From Alphaproteobacteria bacterium (GTDB lineage Bacteria; Pseudomonadota; Alphaproteobacteria; MPNO01; UBA830), in NCBI GenBank assembly GCA_964291215.2, contig OZ219791.1, forward strand, positions 448,001-512,000: DNA of 64,000 nucleotides. Direction: 5' to 3'. The position numbers and the translations under genes are program-made. The notes beneath the pieces were generated by a model. That model saw only the letters and a program-made list of their open reading frames with translations. It ran no database searches and was not told where the DNA came from. This document shows, one piece after another, positions 10,879-21,037 of this stretch. Positions within the stretch are counted from its first letter, which is position 1; every line of letters starts with the position of its first letter.

Positions 10879-12636
10879 CCCAAGTTGGCAATTTTTGCGG
10901 CCTGGAATTTTTATCACGTTGCACGATTCTTTTGTCGGCCGATTTCAACATGGCACTACATTCCGCTGAATTCTGTCAGCTTGTGAGGCGGCTCCTCGTG
11001 CGGCGGGTTCGACACCAGCCGCCGAGGAGATTTCGGCGACCCCGGCGGTGCGTGTCCTGTCGGTTGACGATCAATGCGCGCAGGCGCGTGGTGACCCTGG
11101 TTCCGCATGCTCTCGCGGATTGATGTCCGGCACTTGTCGATGCCCCGCACGGGGATCAGATGCACCGCGGCGAGCACGGCGATCAACAGGTGGGCGGCGA
11201 TGCGCTGGCCGGGCGCAATCCGAGCTCGGATTTCAATGAACGGAAGGTGGCCTCGATATCCGTGATCCATGTCCTGAGGACGGTCTCGATATCCCGGTCG
11301 CTGGCGCGCAGGCGCCCGCGTTGTCTTGTCGTCTGTGGCTGAAGGCCGTTGCGTTGGCCTTCTCGACGGTGATCTCGCAGTGCCGGGCGACGGTGGAGAA
11401 GCGCTGCTCGAGACCGCTCTCCAGCACCTTGTCGTAACGCCGGCCCTTGGAGGTGGAGCTTTGCCGCCTCGAAGCCCTGCGGCCAGGAATGGCCTCCTCG
11501 GCCCTCTTCCTGCTCTCGCTGACCACGCCGCGCCATCCTCGCTGGCAAGGCGCCTGCACCTCGTGGTTGGTGATCAGCCTCGGGCCCACCCTCGGGCGGC
11601 GCCGCCCGCGATCCAGCCGTGCTCGCCACGCGATGTTTGCCTCGGTGCCGGCGTCCATGACTACCGTCGGCTTCGCCGCCGGGCCGCCTCCAGCCTCGAC
11701 AGCGCGTCCTCCAGCGTACCGGGTTCGCTCACGTTGCCCGGCGAGACCTCGCAACTGCGCCGAAAGCCCGCGCCGCGCAAGCGTGGGGCAATCATTGCGC
11801 TTCTGCTTCGAGCGCCCAAAGCGGGGCAGCTTGCCGTCGGCGCGGCCGTGAACATTGGTGAGGTCGTAAAATGCGATGGTGTCGGGGATGCAGCGCGCGC
11901 TCGCGGTTGAACAGCTCCTGGCGGCCCGGTGACGCAGGTCGCCGATGCGGTACAGCGTCTTGCGCGACTTGCGCGCCTTGCGCTCCGGAAGCTCCGCGGT
12001 CGCGCTGTCATCGCGCAGCCAGCGCTCGCTGGCGGATCATCCTGACGACGATCAGCGCACTCGTGATGCCGAGGTCGTGAAGCTGAGATCGCGCCTCGAG
12101 GCACAGGCAGCCGACCGAGCGCGGGTTCTCGAGGCTGTCGAGGTTGACGGTCGCAATTTGCGTGCGTCTTTCTCCGGAGCATCGGCGCGGAACCTCCGGG
12201 CCCCTGTTGACGATGTCCTCGGCTGCGGCCTGCACGCAGCTTCGAACAGCGGCGGGTGGCCAGCGCTTCAGCGGCAACCTCCTTCCGGTTCTTGCGCGCC
12301 ACCGGATGGTCGGTACCGAGGCAGCGTACGCTGTCTGACCTTGTCGCCGATGCGTTGAGAAAGCACGAGTCGGTGGACGGGTTTGTCGTCTGCGGTGCTG
12401 TGGATTTTGGTTGCCCTGATGAACATGTTGTCTGGAGCCTTTCGTGTTGACGAGGATATACCGGGTTTGGCGGCAGGGTCGAGCGAATCGGCAATATTCT
12501 GGCACTACACCGGCCATCCCGGACAGGAAATCATAAATATAGTAGGCAATGTCACGAAAATGCTAACATAAGGTATATCGAGTGAGGCTGCCGCATAAAT
12601 TTCCCCTTCAACTGACGCAAAAAATGCCAACTTGGG
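10879..12636 (-). mobile_element. IS1634-family element with degraded transposase
   Basis: TIR cccaagttggcaatttttgcg / cgcaaaaaatgccaacttggg, 4-bp TSD CTAC; fragments 'MFIRATK..HRLV..RIGDKVRQRTL' (ATG 12426), 'FYDLTN', 'PGNVSEPGTL', 'PTVVMDAG', 'DIEATFRSLKSELGLRP'. Confidence 0.85.
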
Positions 12637-12657
12637 CTACATCGTCCAGCTCACGCC

Positions 12658-14721
12658 CAAGGCGATCTTGGGCTAAACTCTGTTTGATTTTTCAAGGTAG
12701 TACTTGGGTTTTGCGGGCCGCGGGTTGGTGCGGGAGATTTTTTACAGTTTTCGCTGGCTTTCTTGCACTGGAGTTGTCATGATGCGGGAATGTCGGTTCA
12801 CAAGCACATCGCGTCCTGTCCGATTCACGTCGCAGCTCCGGAAGGGTTTCGCCTGTCCGAGGTTGAGGTTCGCCTGGCGAAGCCTGAGGAGCGTCCGCTG
12901 TGGGATGCGTTGATGGACGAGCATCATTATCTCGGGTTTCGCCGTCTGGCGGGACGCGGACTGCGCTATATTGCGTCCTTCAGGGGGCAGTGGCTGGGTC
13001 TGGCGGCGTGGCAGAACGGGGCCTTCAAGTGCCATCCGCGCGACCGGTGGATTGGCTGGAAGCCGGAGCAGCAGTTCCGGCGGCTTGATCTGATCGCGAA
13101 CAACACGCGACTGCTGGTGCTTGCGGCGCCGGGAACGTTTCCGAACCTTGCCTCCTTCTTTCTTGCGCATATGACGCGGCGGCTGGCCGACGATTGGCTG
13201 GAGGCCTACGGCCACCAGGTGGTTGTGGCGGAGACGTTCTGCGATCCGGCGCGTTTTGCGGGCACGTTGTACAAGGCGGCGGGCTGGAGTGCGCTGGGCC
13301 GGACCAAGGGGTTTGCCCGCGCCAACGGGCGCTACACTGACCCCCATGGTAAGCCCAAGGAGATTTTCGTTGTGCCGCTGCGGCGCGACGCCCGGCGGCT
13401 GCTGTCGCGTCCGCAGGCGCTGCCGGACGCGGTAGCGCCGCCTGCCTCGCCCGATCTCGCTCCCCGGGGTTCCGAGGTGATGCGTTCGCTGCACGACGAG
13501 CTGGCGGCGATCGAGGACTTCCGCCGCGCGCAGGGCAGGAAGCACACGGTGGCCTGCGTGCTCACGGTGCACATTCTCGCCGAGCTTGCGAACATGAAAG
13601 GCTGCCTCGCAGCTGCGCAGTTTGCGCGGTCGCTGTCTCAGGACGAGCTCGAGGCCATCGGCGCATGGCGGAACCCGAGGACGGAGCTGCGCGAACCGCC
13701 CTCCAAGGCGACCCTCCACCGGGTCGTCCAGTCGATCGATCTCGAGGCGCTCGAGGATGTGCTCGGCCGCGGGCGCCGGGTCCACCTCGCCCGAGCGCTT
13801 GCCGCCGACGGCAAGCGCATCCGCGGCGCCAACCGCGACGGCCACCACGAGACCGTGGCCCTTGTTGACCATGCCTCCGGCGCGCCCTTCGCACTGTTGA
13901 ATTTCGACGACGGCGAGCTGGCGGCCACGCACGACCTCCTCGAGCGCACCGATGTCCGCGGCAAGGTGATCACCCTCGACGCGCTGCACACGACGCGCAA
14001 GACGGCGACGCTGATCACTCGGCGCTGCGGCGCAGACTATGTCTTCTCGATCAAGGGCAATGCGCCCGAAACCTTCGACATCCTCGACGGCATCGACTGG
14101 GAGACGGATGCCAGCGCCCGCTTCAAGGAGGAGTTCGACAAGCGCCTCGAGCAGCGATCGATACGTGTCCTGACGCCGCTCAAGGGCTTGATCAACTACC
14201 CCGGCATCAGCCAGATCGCCCGCATCAAGCGCTACCGTGAGCCGCTGGGAAAGAGCGCCAGCGGCGCAGCGAGCGGCAACGACTGTACCGAATACATCAT
14301 CACCTCGCTCGATACGCAACACGCGTCGCCAGAGGAACTGCTGCGGCTCAATCGCGGGCACCGGGCTGTGGAAAACATGAACCACCGAGACTGCGTCTTC
14401 GGCGAAGACGCCTGCCTGACCCGCCCCGCAAACCGCGCCAACCTCGACAACATCGCGCTCGCGGTGATCTTCGCCAACCGACGCGAGAGCCTCGCCGAAA
14501 CACGGCGGCGGCTCGACCGCCGGGAAGCCGTCGCAGCCCTGAGCGCCAATGGTGTCCGGCCGATTCCCGGACGCCGCCCACAACCCGCCCGCATTCCGAA
14601 AACAACCCGCCCACGCGCCGGCGACGACCGCGGACGGCCCCGAATCCGGAAAACCCGGCACGCTGTGAAACCTCCGGACAGCAGAAGACAGCAAAATTGA
14701 ATGCAGCGTGGGAAACACCTG
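12658..14721 (+). mobile_element. ISAs1-family element
   Basis: 9-bp TSD gctcacgcc (12649-12657 and 14722-14730); right end ...cagcgtgggaaacacctg; contains an ISAs1 transposase. Confidence 0.85.
12790..14700 (+). CDS. DUF4338 (DruA-like)-ISAs1 transposase fusion, open frame but probably crippled by short in-frame deletions
   Basis: N-term 'HHYLGF...LRY..WIGW..IANNTR.L..NLAS..ETFCDP..GTLYKAAGW..GRTKG'; C-term 'DFRRAQGRKH', 'AADGKRIRG', 'ITLDALHT', 'DYVFSIKGN', 'GHRAVEN', 'FGED'. Confidence 0.8.
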   Translation: MSVHKHIASCPIHVAAPEGFRLSEVEVRLAKPEERPLWDALMDEHHYLGFRRLAGRGLRYIASFRGQWLGLAAWQNGAFKCHPRDRWIGWKPEQQFRRLDLIANNTRLLVLAAPGTFPNLASFFLAHMTRRLADDWLEAYGHQVVVAETFCDPARFAGTLYKAAGWSALGRTKGFARANGRYTDPHGKPKEIFVVPLRRDARRLLSRPQALPDAVAPPASPDLAPRGSEVMRSLHDELAAIEDFRRAQGRKHTVACVLTVHILAELANMKGCLAAAQFARSLSQDELEAIGAWRNPRTELREPPSKATLHRVVQSIDLEALEDVLGRGRRVHLARALAADGKRIRGANRDGHHETVALVDHASGAPFALLNFDDGELAATHDLLERTDVRGKVITLDALHTTRKTATLITRRCGADYVFSIKGNAPETFDILDGIDWETDASARFKEEFDKRLEQRSIRVLTPLKGLINYPGISQIARIKRYREPLGKSASGAASGNDCTEYIITSLDTQHASPEELLRLNRGHRAVENMNHRDCVFGEDACLTRPANRANLDNIALAVIFANRRESLAETRRRLDRREAVAALSANGVRPIPGRRPQPARIPKTTRPRAGDDRGRPRIRKTRHAVKPPDSRRQQN

Positions 14722-15850
14722 GCTCACGCCTGATGGCAGGACCGTTGCTCACACAGGGAACATGGCATTGTCGGGTGCGCTGCTTCACCCCCGGATTTAT
14801 GCAGGGCTCCTTTCCGCGCTGGGGGTCCCCCCGACCGACCTAGCCAACCTGGGCGATCCTGCCAACGCCGCCGCCTTCCAGTTCATCCTGGGTACATTGT
14901 CGCAAGAGCCGGCGGCACTCTTCGATACAGGCGTCCCTGGTGCTTCCGGCGATGCCAGCGTCTCTGTCTCGCCCAACGTGGGGGGCACTCGTGGTGCTTA
15001 CAGGATTCGATCTCACCTGGCGCAGGAAGACACCGATCACGGCAACCCGTCCATTACTGTCAGGGATGTGGTGGATCGAACAGCCCTGAAGGAATTCGTT
15101 ACGGAAGCGGGCGAATACTCCATAGCGACCCAGCAGAGCGGGTATGCGGCCGCTCTCTCGAAAATCAGGGTCGCCTTGCGGAATCCGAACGGGCCTTGGC
15201 GGCACGGTTCCATGTATCTCTACATCTTGGATCGTACCACCAACGTCGTCCTATTTCACGCAACGGAGCCGGATACGGTGGAGCTTTTTCCTTTCGTAGG
15301 GCGGGCCCGGGACGGTGTGACCGGGGAACTCATTCTGCCGAAGGTTATCGCCGCGGCGACCAGCAGTCCGGAAGGCGGCTTCGTGGAGGATTACTATGAC
15401 GAGCCCGCCGACGACACCGACAGGGTCGACATCCCCAAGACAGGCTACGCCCGCGAGTTTGTCCGCCCATACCGGCGGCCAGATGGAAGCACGTTCCCCC
15501 TGAACTACATCATCGGGTCGGGTTTTTTCGGGAACCCAACCGACACGGTCGCGGGGGGCGGAAACGCGGTCATCGAGTCGGTGCTGCCCCAGGCCATGCG
15601 GGCCATGACAGCGAGCACGGTCGATGCCGTCTCGGGCCGCATTCGGCAGGCGACGTCGGACACCCCCGCCGGAGAAGAACATGAGCCTCGGCGATGCCTC
15701 CACCCTTTCTCATGACCTGCAGGCACACGGGCGGGCGCTGGAGAACGGCACCTTCGATTCCGGCCGGCTGCTCGGGCTCGTCCTTCACCCTGCCGCTCAA
15801 CGCGGCAGGTGCCGGAGGGAGCGGTCTGTTCAGGGATATGACGTTCTGGG

Positions 15851-16754
15851 ATAACTGCTTGCCCCTGCTGGTCATGGATTGCCGTTCCTGACGGCGTTCG
15901 GGGTCAAGCATCTTTTCTCGTCCCCTTCCCTCACCGATTGCCGGAAACCGGAGGTGCGGGTTCCGATGGGCAAGAACCGTTCCGGTCTTCGGCCGGTCTT
16001 GCTTTCCAGCCGGTGGCGCCGGGTCTGCAATGCGGTACCGAGCCCGCGGCGCGGGTTCCATCGTGCCGGCTGAGGAATCCGGCGGTGCAGCTTCAGATGT
16101 CCTGACCTCGGGATTCTGGCAGCCAAGAACCATGAGCTTCCGGCGGCCGTTCAGGCGGGCTTCGGAGGCAGTTCGTAGACCATGCGGAGCTCGGTTCCAG
16201 GAAAGCAGGTGCCGGTTTCGTTGAGTTCCTTCAGCAGCCCCCGATGTCGGAGTCGCCAGCGTTGCAGGCGGATCCGAGGATGCGCACCCGGAGGATCCCC
16301 GGTTCAGGTTCGGGGAGGATGTCGGCGTCGGCCAGGACTTTCCCACGCTGCATTCGATCTTGCCGACTGCTGATGGAGGGAGGTTGCGCAGCCTGCCGGG
16401 TTTTCTGGCCGCGGGGCTGTCCACGGGTCGCCACAGCCGGAAAACCTGTCAGGAATGCGGAAATTTGTGCCCCGTTCAGCGGTAATTCAAAACATCAACC
16501 ACAGCGTGGGAAAGTCCTGCGGCGTCGGCCTGCAGCAGGGAGCGGAGGGGTCTTCGCGGGCGCAGTTTTCTGCCCTGCTCCTTCGCCACGGTCGCGATCC
16601 TCCGGGTTTCGGTGCGGTAGGCGATCATGCGCAGGATGTCGAGCCAGTACTTCTCGCGGGACGGAAGAGAATCGAGGGCCGGATCGGCGGCGAGTTCCTG
16701 AACACGAACGCCGTCAGGAAAGGCGATCAATGATCAGCAGGGGCGAACAGTTAC
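15851..16754 (-). mobile_element. Non-autonomous deletion derivative of an unclassified IS (GTAAC ends, about 50-bp TIR)
   Basis: TIR (a/g)taactg(ctt/ttc)gcccctgctg.tcat.gat.gcc.ttcctgacggcgttc at both ends; encodes only a transposase C-terminus 'LRMIAYRTET...LQADA|DILPEP..ILRVRILG..LKELNET'. Confidence 0.75.
16333..16519. mobile_element. MITE family B, copy 1 (187 bp, ISAs1-type ends)
   Basis: Perfect 18-bp TIR caggactttcccacgctg / cagcgtgggaaagtcctg with 10-bp TSD cggcgtcggc. Confidence 0.9.
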
Positions 16755-16831
16755 CTTTTTTCACAAATCGTGCAACTGGGGCCCGGAAGCCGTCCGTTTC
16801 CGCCCCCGATGCAACAGCGAAGGAGGGATAC

Positions 16832-17968
16832 ATGCGACGCCTCAGCCAGCGGCGAGTAGACAGCCTCAAGCCGAAAAAGGCAGCCTACGAGGCACGTGAC
16901 GCGGAACTGAGGGGTTTCGGCGTCCGGGTCCTCCCGTCAGGAACAAGGCGGTACTTCGTCCACCATCAGCACGAGGGCAGGCGGGCTTGGAAGACGATCG
17001 GCGATGCGGACAAGATGACCGAGCCCGAAGCCCGCAGGCACGCCGCGTCAATCATTGCCATGCTGGGAAACGGAGAGAAGGGGCCGGAGCCCGGCGATAT
17101 CCTGTTCGAGGATTTTGCCGAGGAAGTGTTCCGGCGTTACGGGCGCAATTGGAAGCCGCGGACGCTGACGGTCAGCCGGAGCTATCTGAGGAATCAGATT
17201 CTGCCGTATTTCGGAGGGCGGCCGATTTCGGAGATCACGAGGAAGGATGTGCAGAGCTGGTTTTCCTCCCTGCACGCGACGCCGGTGGCCGCCGACCGGT
17301 CGGCCCCGGTTCTTTCGGTCATCCTGCGCCAGGCGGAGGTCTACGGTCATCGCCCCGAAGGGAGCAATCCCTGCGTGAACATCCGACGCTACCGGCGCCG
17401 CGGTCGCGACCGCTTCCTATCGCGGGAGGAGCTGGGCCGGCTCGCAGGCGTGCTGGCAGAACACGAGGCCGATGCCTCCGACAAGACAGCGATCATCCGG
17501 CTTCTCATTCTCACCGGCTGCCGCAAGGGGGAGGTCCTCTATCTGGAGTGGCGGGACTACCGCGAGGGGAAGTTGTATCTGCCCGACAGCAAGACCGGTC
17601 CGCGACGGGTGTTCCTGAACTCGGAGGCAGGGGCTATCATCGCTCGCAAGGCCAAGATCGCGAGCCTCTATGTATTTCCGTCGCCGAGGGACATGAACCG
17701 CGCCAGGAGCGATGGAAGTCTCGATGCCTTCTGGCGCCGGGTTCGCAACCGGGCCGGGCTGCATGATGTCCGCCTTCACGATCTTCGTCATACGGTGGCA
17801 AGCCAGGCGGTACTTGCAGGCGTGCCGCTTCCTGTCGTCTCAAAGCTCCTCGGTCACAGCCAGGCGAGCATGACGCTCCGCTACGCCCATGTCCATGACG
17901 CCGAGACGCAGGCGGCCGCGGAACGGGTCGGCAACATCATCGCGGAAATATGCGGGTTTCCGCAGTAG
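16832..17968 (+). CDS. Tyrosine recombinase/phage-type integrase with arm-binding N-terminal domain
   Basis: 'LRGFGVRVLPSG', catalytic R (TGCRKGE), K (DSKTG), HDLRH, LLGH, Y (TLRYAH); GGAGG RBS. Confidence 0.9.
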   Translation: MRRLSQRRVDSLKPKKAAYEARDAELRGFGVRVLPSGTRRYFVHHQHEGRRAWKTIGDADKMTEPEARRHAASIIAMLGNGEKGPEPGDILFEDFAEEVFRRYGRNWKPRTLTVSRSYLRNQILPYFGGRPISEITRKDVQSWFSSLHATPVAADRSAPVLSVILRQAEVYGHRPEGSNPCVNIRRYRRRGRDRFLSREELGRLAGVLAEHEADASDKTAIIRLLILTGCRKGEVLYLEWRDYREGKLYLPDSKTGPRRVFLNSEAGAIIARKAKIASLYVFPSPRDMNRARSDGSLDAFWRRVRNRAGLHDVRLHDLRHTVASQAVLAGVPLPVVSKLLGHSQASMTLRYAHVHDAETQAAAERVGNIIAEICGFPQ

Positions 17969-17974
17969 GCAACC

Positions 17975-18500
17975 GCACGGAATTTCCGGTAAAGCAGGGC
18001 GAATCGAAACAGTGCTCGTGACGCAGATCACGCTGCGTGCAAGAGGTGCAGCAGGGTCAAGGCACGTCTCCGGAGGTGCGTCGGAATCCCCGACGTCAGC
18101 GGCGAAGCAACGACGGCGATCCTCCGGCCATGACATGTCCGTCTTCCCCTCGGCTCGGCACTGCGCCGCACGGGCTGGGCCCTGCCCCGGCGACAACGAA
18201 AGCGCCGGTGCGGCGCAGTGGACGAATCCGGCGCGGCAACCCGACCCTGCGCGCGATCCTCATCGAATGCGCGCACGCGGCTCATCTGGACCAAGAGCTA
18301 CCATGATGCCGTCAGGAGCCGCCGCGGCTACAAGCACGCTGTCGTCGCGACCGCCCACAAGATGCTGCGCACGATCCATGCCATGTTGCGCGACGGCAAG
18401 GCGTAAGCCGATCCCGGGTTCGACTACGGAGCGATCTCGATCGACCGCAAGACCAGCCGCCGGCTGAAAGGGCTCAACCAGTATGGATACGTCGAGACAC
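17975..18500 (+). pseudogene. IS110-family transposase remnant
   Basis: Frameshifted pieces 'WAG.CPGDNESAG', 'RRSGRIRRGNPTLRAILIECAHAA', 'RRGYKHAVVATAHKMLRTIHAMLRDG'. Confidence 0.75.
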
Positions 18501-18699
18501 TGGAAAGACACGGGCAGCACGGGAGGCCCCGGAATGCCCGAACATGCCAGAACCCGGCGTCGTCAGACGCCTCCACCGGCAAACCACGAGGCCGCTCCCG
18601 GGGAACCCGATCAACAAACCCTCGGTGCCGGCAACTCCGCTGACCGCCGTCATGGTATTTTTCGCGTCTTTGTGTTCAAGGGTGACGGTTCGTCAGCAA

Positions 18700-19285
18700 T
18701 CTCGCGGGCGCGGCGTCGTTTTCGGCATCTCACGAGAGCTGCGTGGCGCCTCTGGCGCATTCCGGGGCGGCTGACGCGTGGTACCGGGGGTTGCGCACGC
18801 CCAGCCCCTTTGACGGCTGGTCGCTAGTTGCCCGACGAGGCGCGCAACGCGAGGAGTTCGGCCTTCCGGGCTCGTTACGCGGCAACTCGGCGTTTCCGCA
18901 GGCGCGGCTAACAAAGATGGTAGAGGGCGGCACGCACGCGGCCTTTGTCTGACATGCCGGGCCGTTTGCCGAAAGCGAGGCAGAGCAGGCCGAACAACTC
19001 CTCGGGTGCCTGTCGTCCGGGGTGCTGGTGCTCGCGGACCGCTATTATTCCGACTTTCTCCCGCTGTGGTCACGGGCCGCGGGGACGGGCGCGGACCTGC
19101 TGTGGCGATTCAAGAGTAACATGAAATTCCCGGTCATCGAGGAATTCGATGACGGCTCGCGGCGGAGCGTGTTCCGCGGCAGCGGCAGCGACCGCCGGCG
19201 AAGCCGCGGTGAGCTTCCGCTGCGGGTCGTCACCTACCGGAGCAAGGACAGCGACGAGCCCACGATGTTTGCCACCTCCCCGCTC
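18700..19285 (+). pseudogene. IS4-family transposase internal remnant
   Basis: 'WYRGLR..DG', 'SAFPQARL..VEGGTHA', 'LVLADRYY...W..AAGTGADLLWR.KSN...DDGS', 'LRVVTYR'. Confidence 0.65.
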
Positions 19286-19511
19286 GATCACCGACGCCGC
19301 ATGGCTGCGGGCTTCCGGCTCGGTAACGTTGTCCGCATCGCCGATCGTCTTCCATACCCGTCTGCGCTCGTGGTGATGTTGGACGAAGTGCCGCCTTGTT
19401 CCTGATGGGAGGCCCCGGACGCCGAACCCCTTCAGTACCGGGTTGCGCACCTCCTAAGCCTGCCGTTTTGGGCTTGAGATTGTCTACTCGCCGCTGGCTG
19501 AGACGCCGCAC
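19285..19511 (-). pseudogene. 5' fragment of an integrase paralogue of 16832-17968
   Basis: 'VRRLSQRRVDNLKPK' and 'GFGVRGLPSGTRRHFVQH..RRVWKTIGDAD..TEPEAR'; the upstream 40 bp also resembles the region upstream of 16832. Confidence 0.8.
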
Positions 19512-19593
19512 GTTTCTCTCCCTCGCTCTGTTGCATCGGGGGTGGAAACGGGATTCGACCAAGTCCTGATTGCATGGTTCAGGGAGGAGTAAC

Positions 19594-20619
19594 ATGAAAA
19601 AGCAGTTTCTTACCACCACGGCACTGGTTGCCGCGAGCGTGCTGGTGCTTTCCGGCGGCGCGGTTGCGGACGACAAGATGATGAAGCCGTCGCTCAAGAT
19701 CGGCGGCGTCTTCGAGCAGGGCATCGGCTTCCAGAAAGCCGACAGCGATGATAAGGGCATTGATGACGGCCAGGTCGTCCAGCAGGAAGACGGCGAGATC
19801 CACTTCATTGCCTCGATGAAGCTCGACAACGGCATCACCGTTTCCGGCAAGGCCGAACTCGAAAGTGACGCCGAGAATTCCAGTAGCTCGCAGTGGATCG
19901 ACGAAAGCTACATGGACGTCACGGGCTCGTTCGGCAAGATCCGCATCGGCGCGACCGACGGCGCGGCTTACGAGATGGCCTATGGCTACATGGGCCATGT
20001 CGGCACCGCGACCGGACATCTCAATCTCGAGTTTGACAGTAGTCTGTCCGGCATGGGCCTTAGTATTGGACGCGGAATTCCGCGCCTTTCGAACGATGAC
20101 AAGGCGGTCGTGTATTTCACGCCGCGCATCAGCGGGCTTCAGGGCGGCGTGTCCTACGCGCAGACAGCAGGCGGTCGTGAAGACATCGTCTCTACCGCCG
20201 TCAACTACAACGGCAAGTTCGGCGATGCCGGCGTCGGGGCCGCCGTGGGTTATGCCGTCGGCAACGGCGAAGGCGCTACCGCCGACGCGACCATGATAAC
20301 CGCCGGCCTCAAGGCTGACTTTGGAGGCTTCACCGCCGCCGCTGGCATTGTCCGCAACAGCAAGGACGACAACACGGCCGACGAGGACTTCACCCGTACC
20401 GATGTCGGTCTCCGCTACAAGTTCGGTCCGAATGCCGTCCGGGTTGGCTATATCCAGCTTTCCGATGACGCTATGGTCGACCAGAACGGAGCCATCATGA
20501 CGTTCTCGCGTTCGCTCGGCCCCGGCGTCAGCTGGTCTCTGGATGCGCTGATGACCAAAAACAAAGAGATGAAGAAGGACGGCTCTTTCTTCGGGACCAG
20601 CGTCCAGATCAAGTTCTGA
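19594..20619 (+). CDS. Outer-membrane porin (alphaproteobacterial type), copy 1
   Basis: Signal 'MKKQFLTTTALVAA', 'EIHF..SMKLDNG', 'IDESY...GSFG', 'YFTPRISG', C-terminal F; GGAGGAG RBS. Confidence 0.85.
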   Translation: MKKQFLTTTALVAASVLVLSGGAVADDKMMKPSLKIGGVFEQGIGFQKADSDDKGIDDGQVVQQEDGEIHFIASMKLDNGITVSGKAELESDAENSSSSQWIDESYMDVTGSFGKIRIGATDGAAYEMAYGYMGHVGTATGHLNLEFDSSLSGMGLSIGRGIPRLSNDDKAVVYFTPRISGLQGGVSYAQTAGGREDIVSTAVNYNGKFGDAGVGAAVGYAVGNGEGATADATMITAGLKADFGGFTAAAGIVRNSKDDNTADEDFTRTDVGLRYKFGPNAVRVGYIQLSDDAMVDQNGAIMTFSRSLGPGVSWSLDALMTKNKEMKKDGSFFGTSVQIKF

Positions 20620-20644
20620 CGGCTGTTTCCGTCGATTGCGTTTC

Positions 20645-20676
20645 GGAAGGGCGGCTTCGGCCGCCTTTCCTTTTTT
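20645..20676 (+). terminator. Rho-independent terminator of porin copy 1
   Basis: ggaagggcggc-ttcg-gccgcctttcc followed by TTTTTT. Confidence 0.85.
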
Positions 20677-21037
20677 CAGTGTACCGCGCAAGATCGGCGG
20701 CCGCGCAAGTGCACATACGAAAGATCATGATAGCATTGCCGCTCTGTGCCGTATTGGTGGTCACGGTCTTTGCTGACGAACCGTCACGTCACCCCTGAAC
20801 ACGAAGACGCGAAAAACACCATGACGGCGGTCAGCGGAGCTGCCGGCGCGGCGGTGGGATTAAAAGTCGGGGGCATGACCGGGGGGCACCCACCGCGATA
20901 ATTGGAGGGGTAATTGGGGTGCGGCTTGCACGATGGGGACCATCAAAGGAAACCGCGGCTATCAGAATGCCATTGACAAACGACGCCTCAATGGCCACGG
21001 CAGTGGTGGTTCGTGTCCACATCCCACCAAGGAAAGG

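Larger units (their letters stand above)
10558..15850 (+). pseudogene. Secreted Cache-like/autotransporter-type surface protein gene, interrupted by three insertions and frameshifted
   Basis: Signal peptide at 10558; removing IS1634 and ISAs1 restores the frame GSTY-IVQLT-PDGRTVAH; repeated 'GPWR.GS.Y' units and 'EGGFVEDYYD'; C-terminal 'SSFTLPLNAAG...TFW' is cut at 15851. Confidence 0.7.
18627..20847. repeat. About 75-bp inverted repeat pair (18627-18699 and 20770-20847)
   Basis: gccggca.ctccgctgaccgccgtcatggt.tttttcgcgtctt.gtgttca.gggtgac[gtgac]ggttcgtcagcaa on opposite strands; the left arm lacks 5 bp. Confidence 0.75.

Noticed and set aside
12790-13450. Druantia defence system
   Set aside because: Only a DruA-like domain fused to transposases is present; there is no DruE helicase or other dru gene.
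16832-17968. Prophage or integron
   Set aside because: There are no phage structural genes, attC-like cassette arrays or adjacent tRNA att site.
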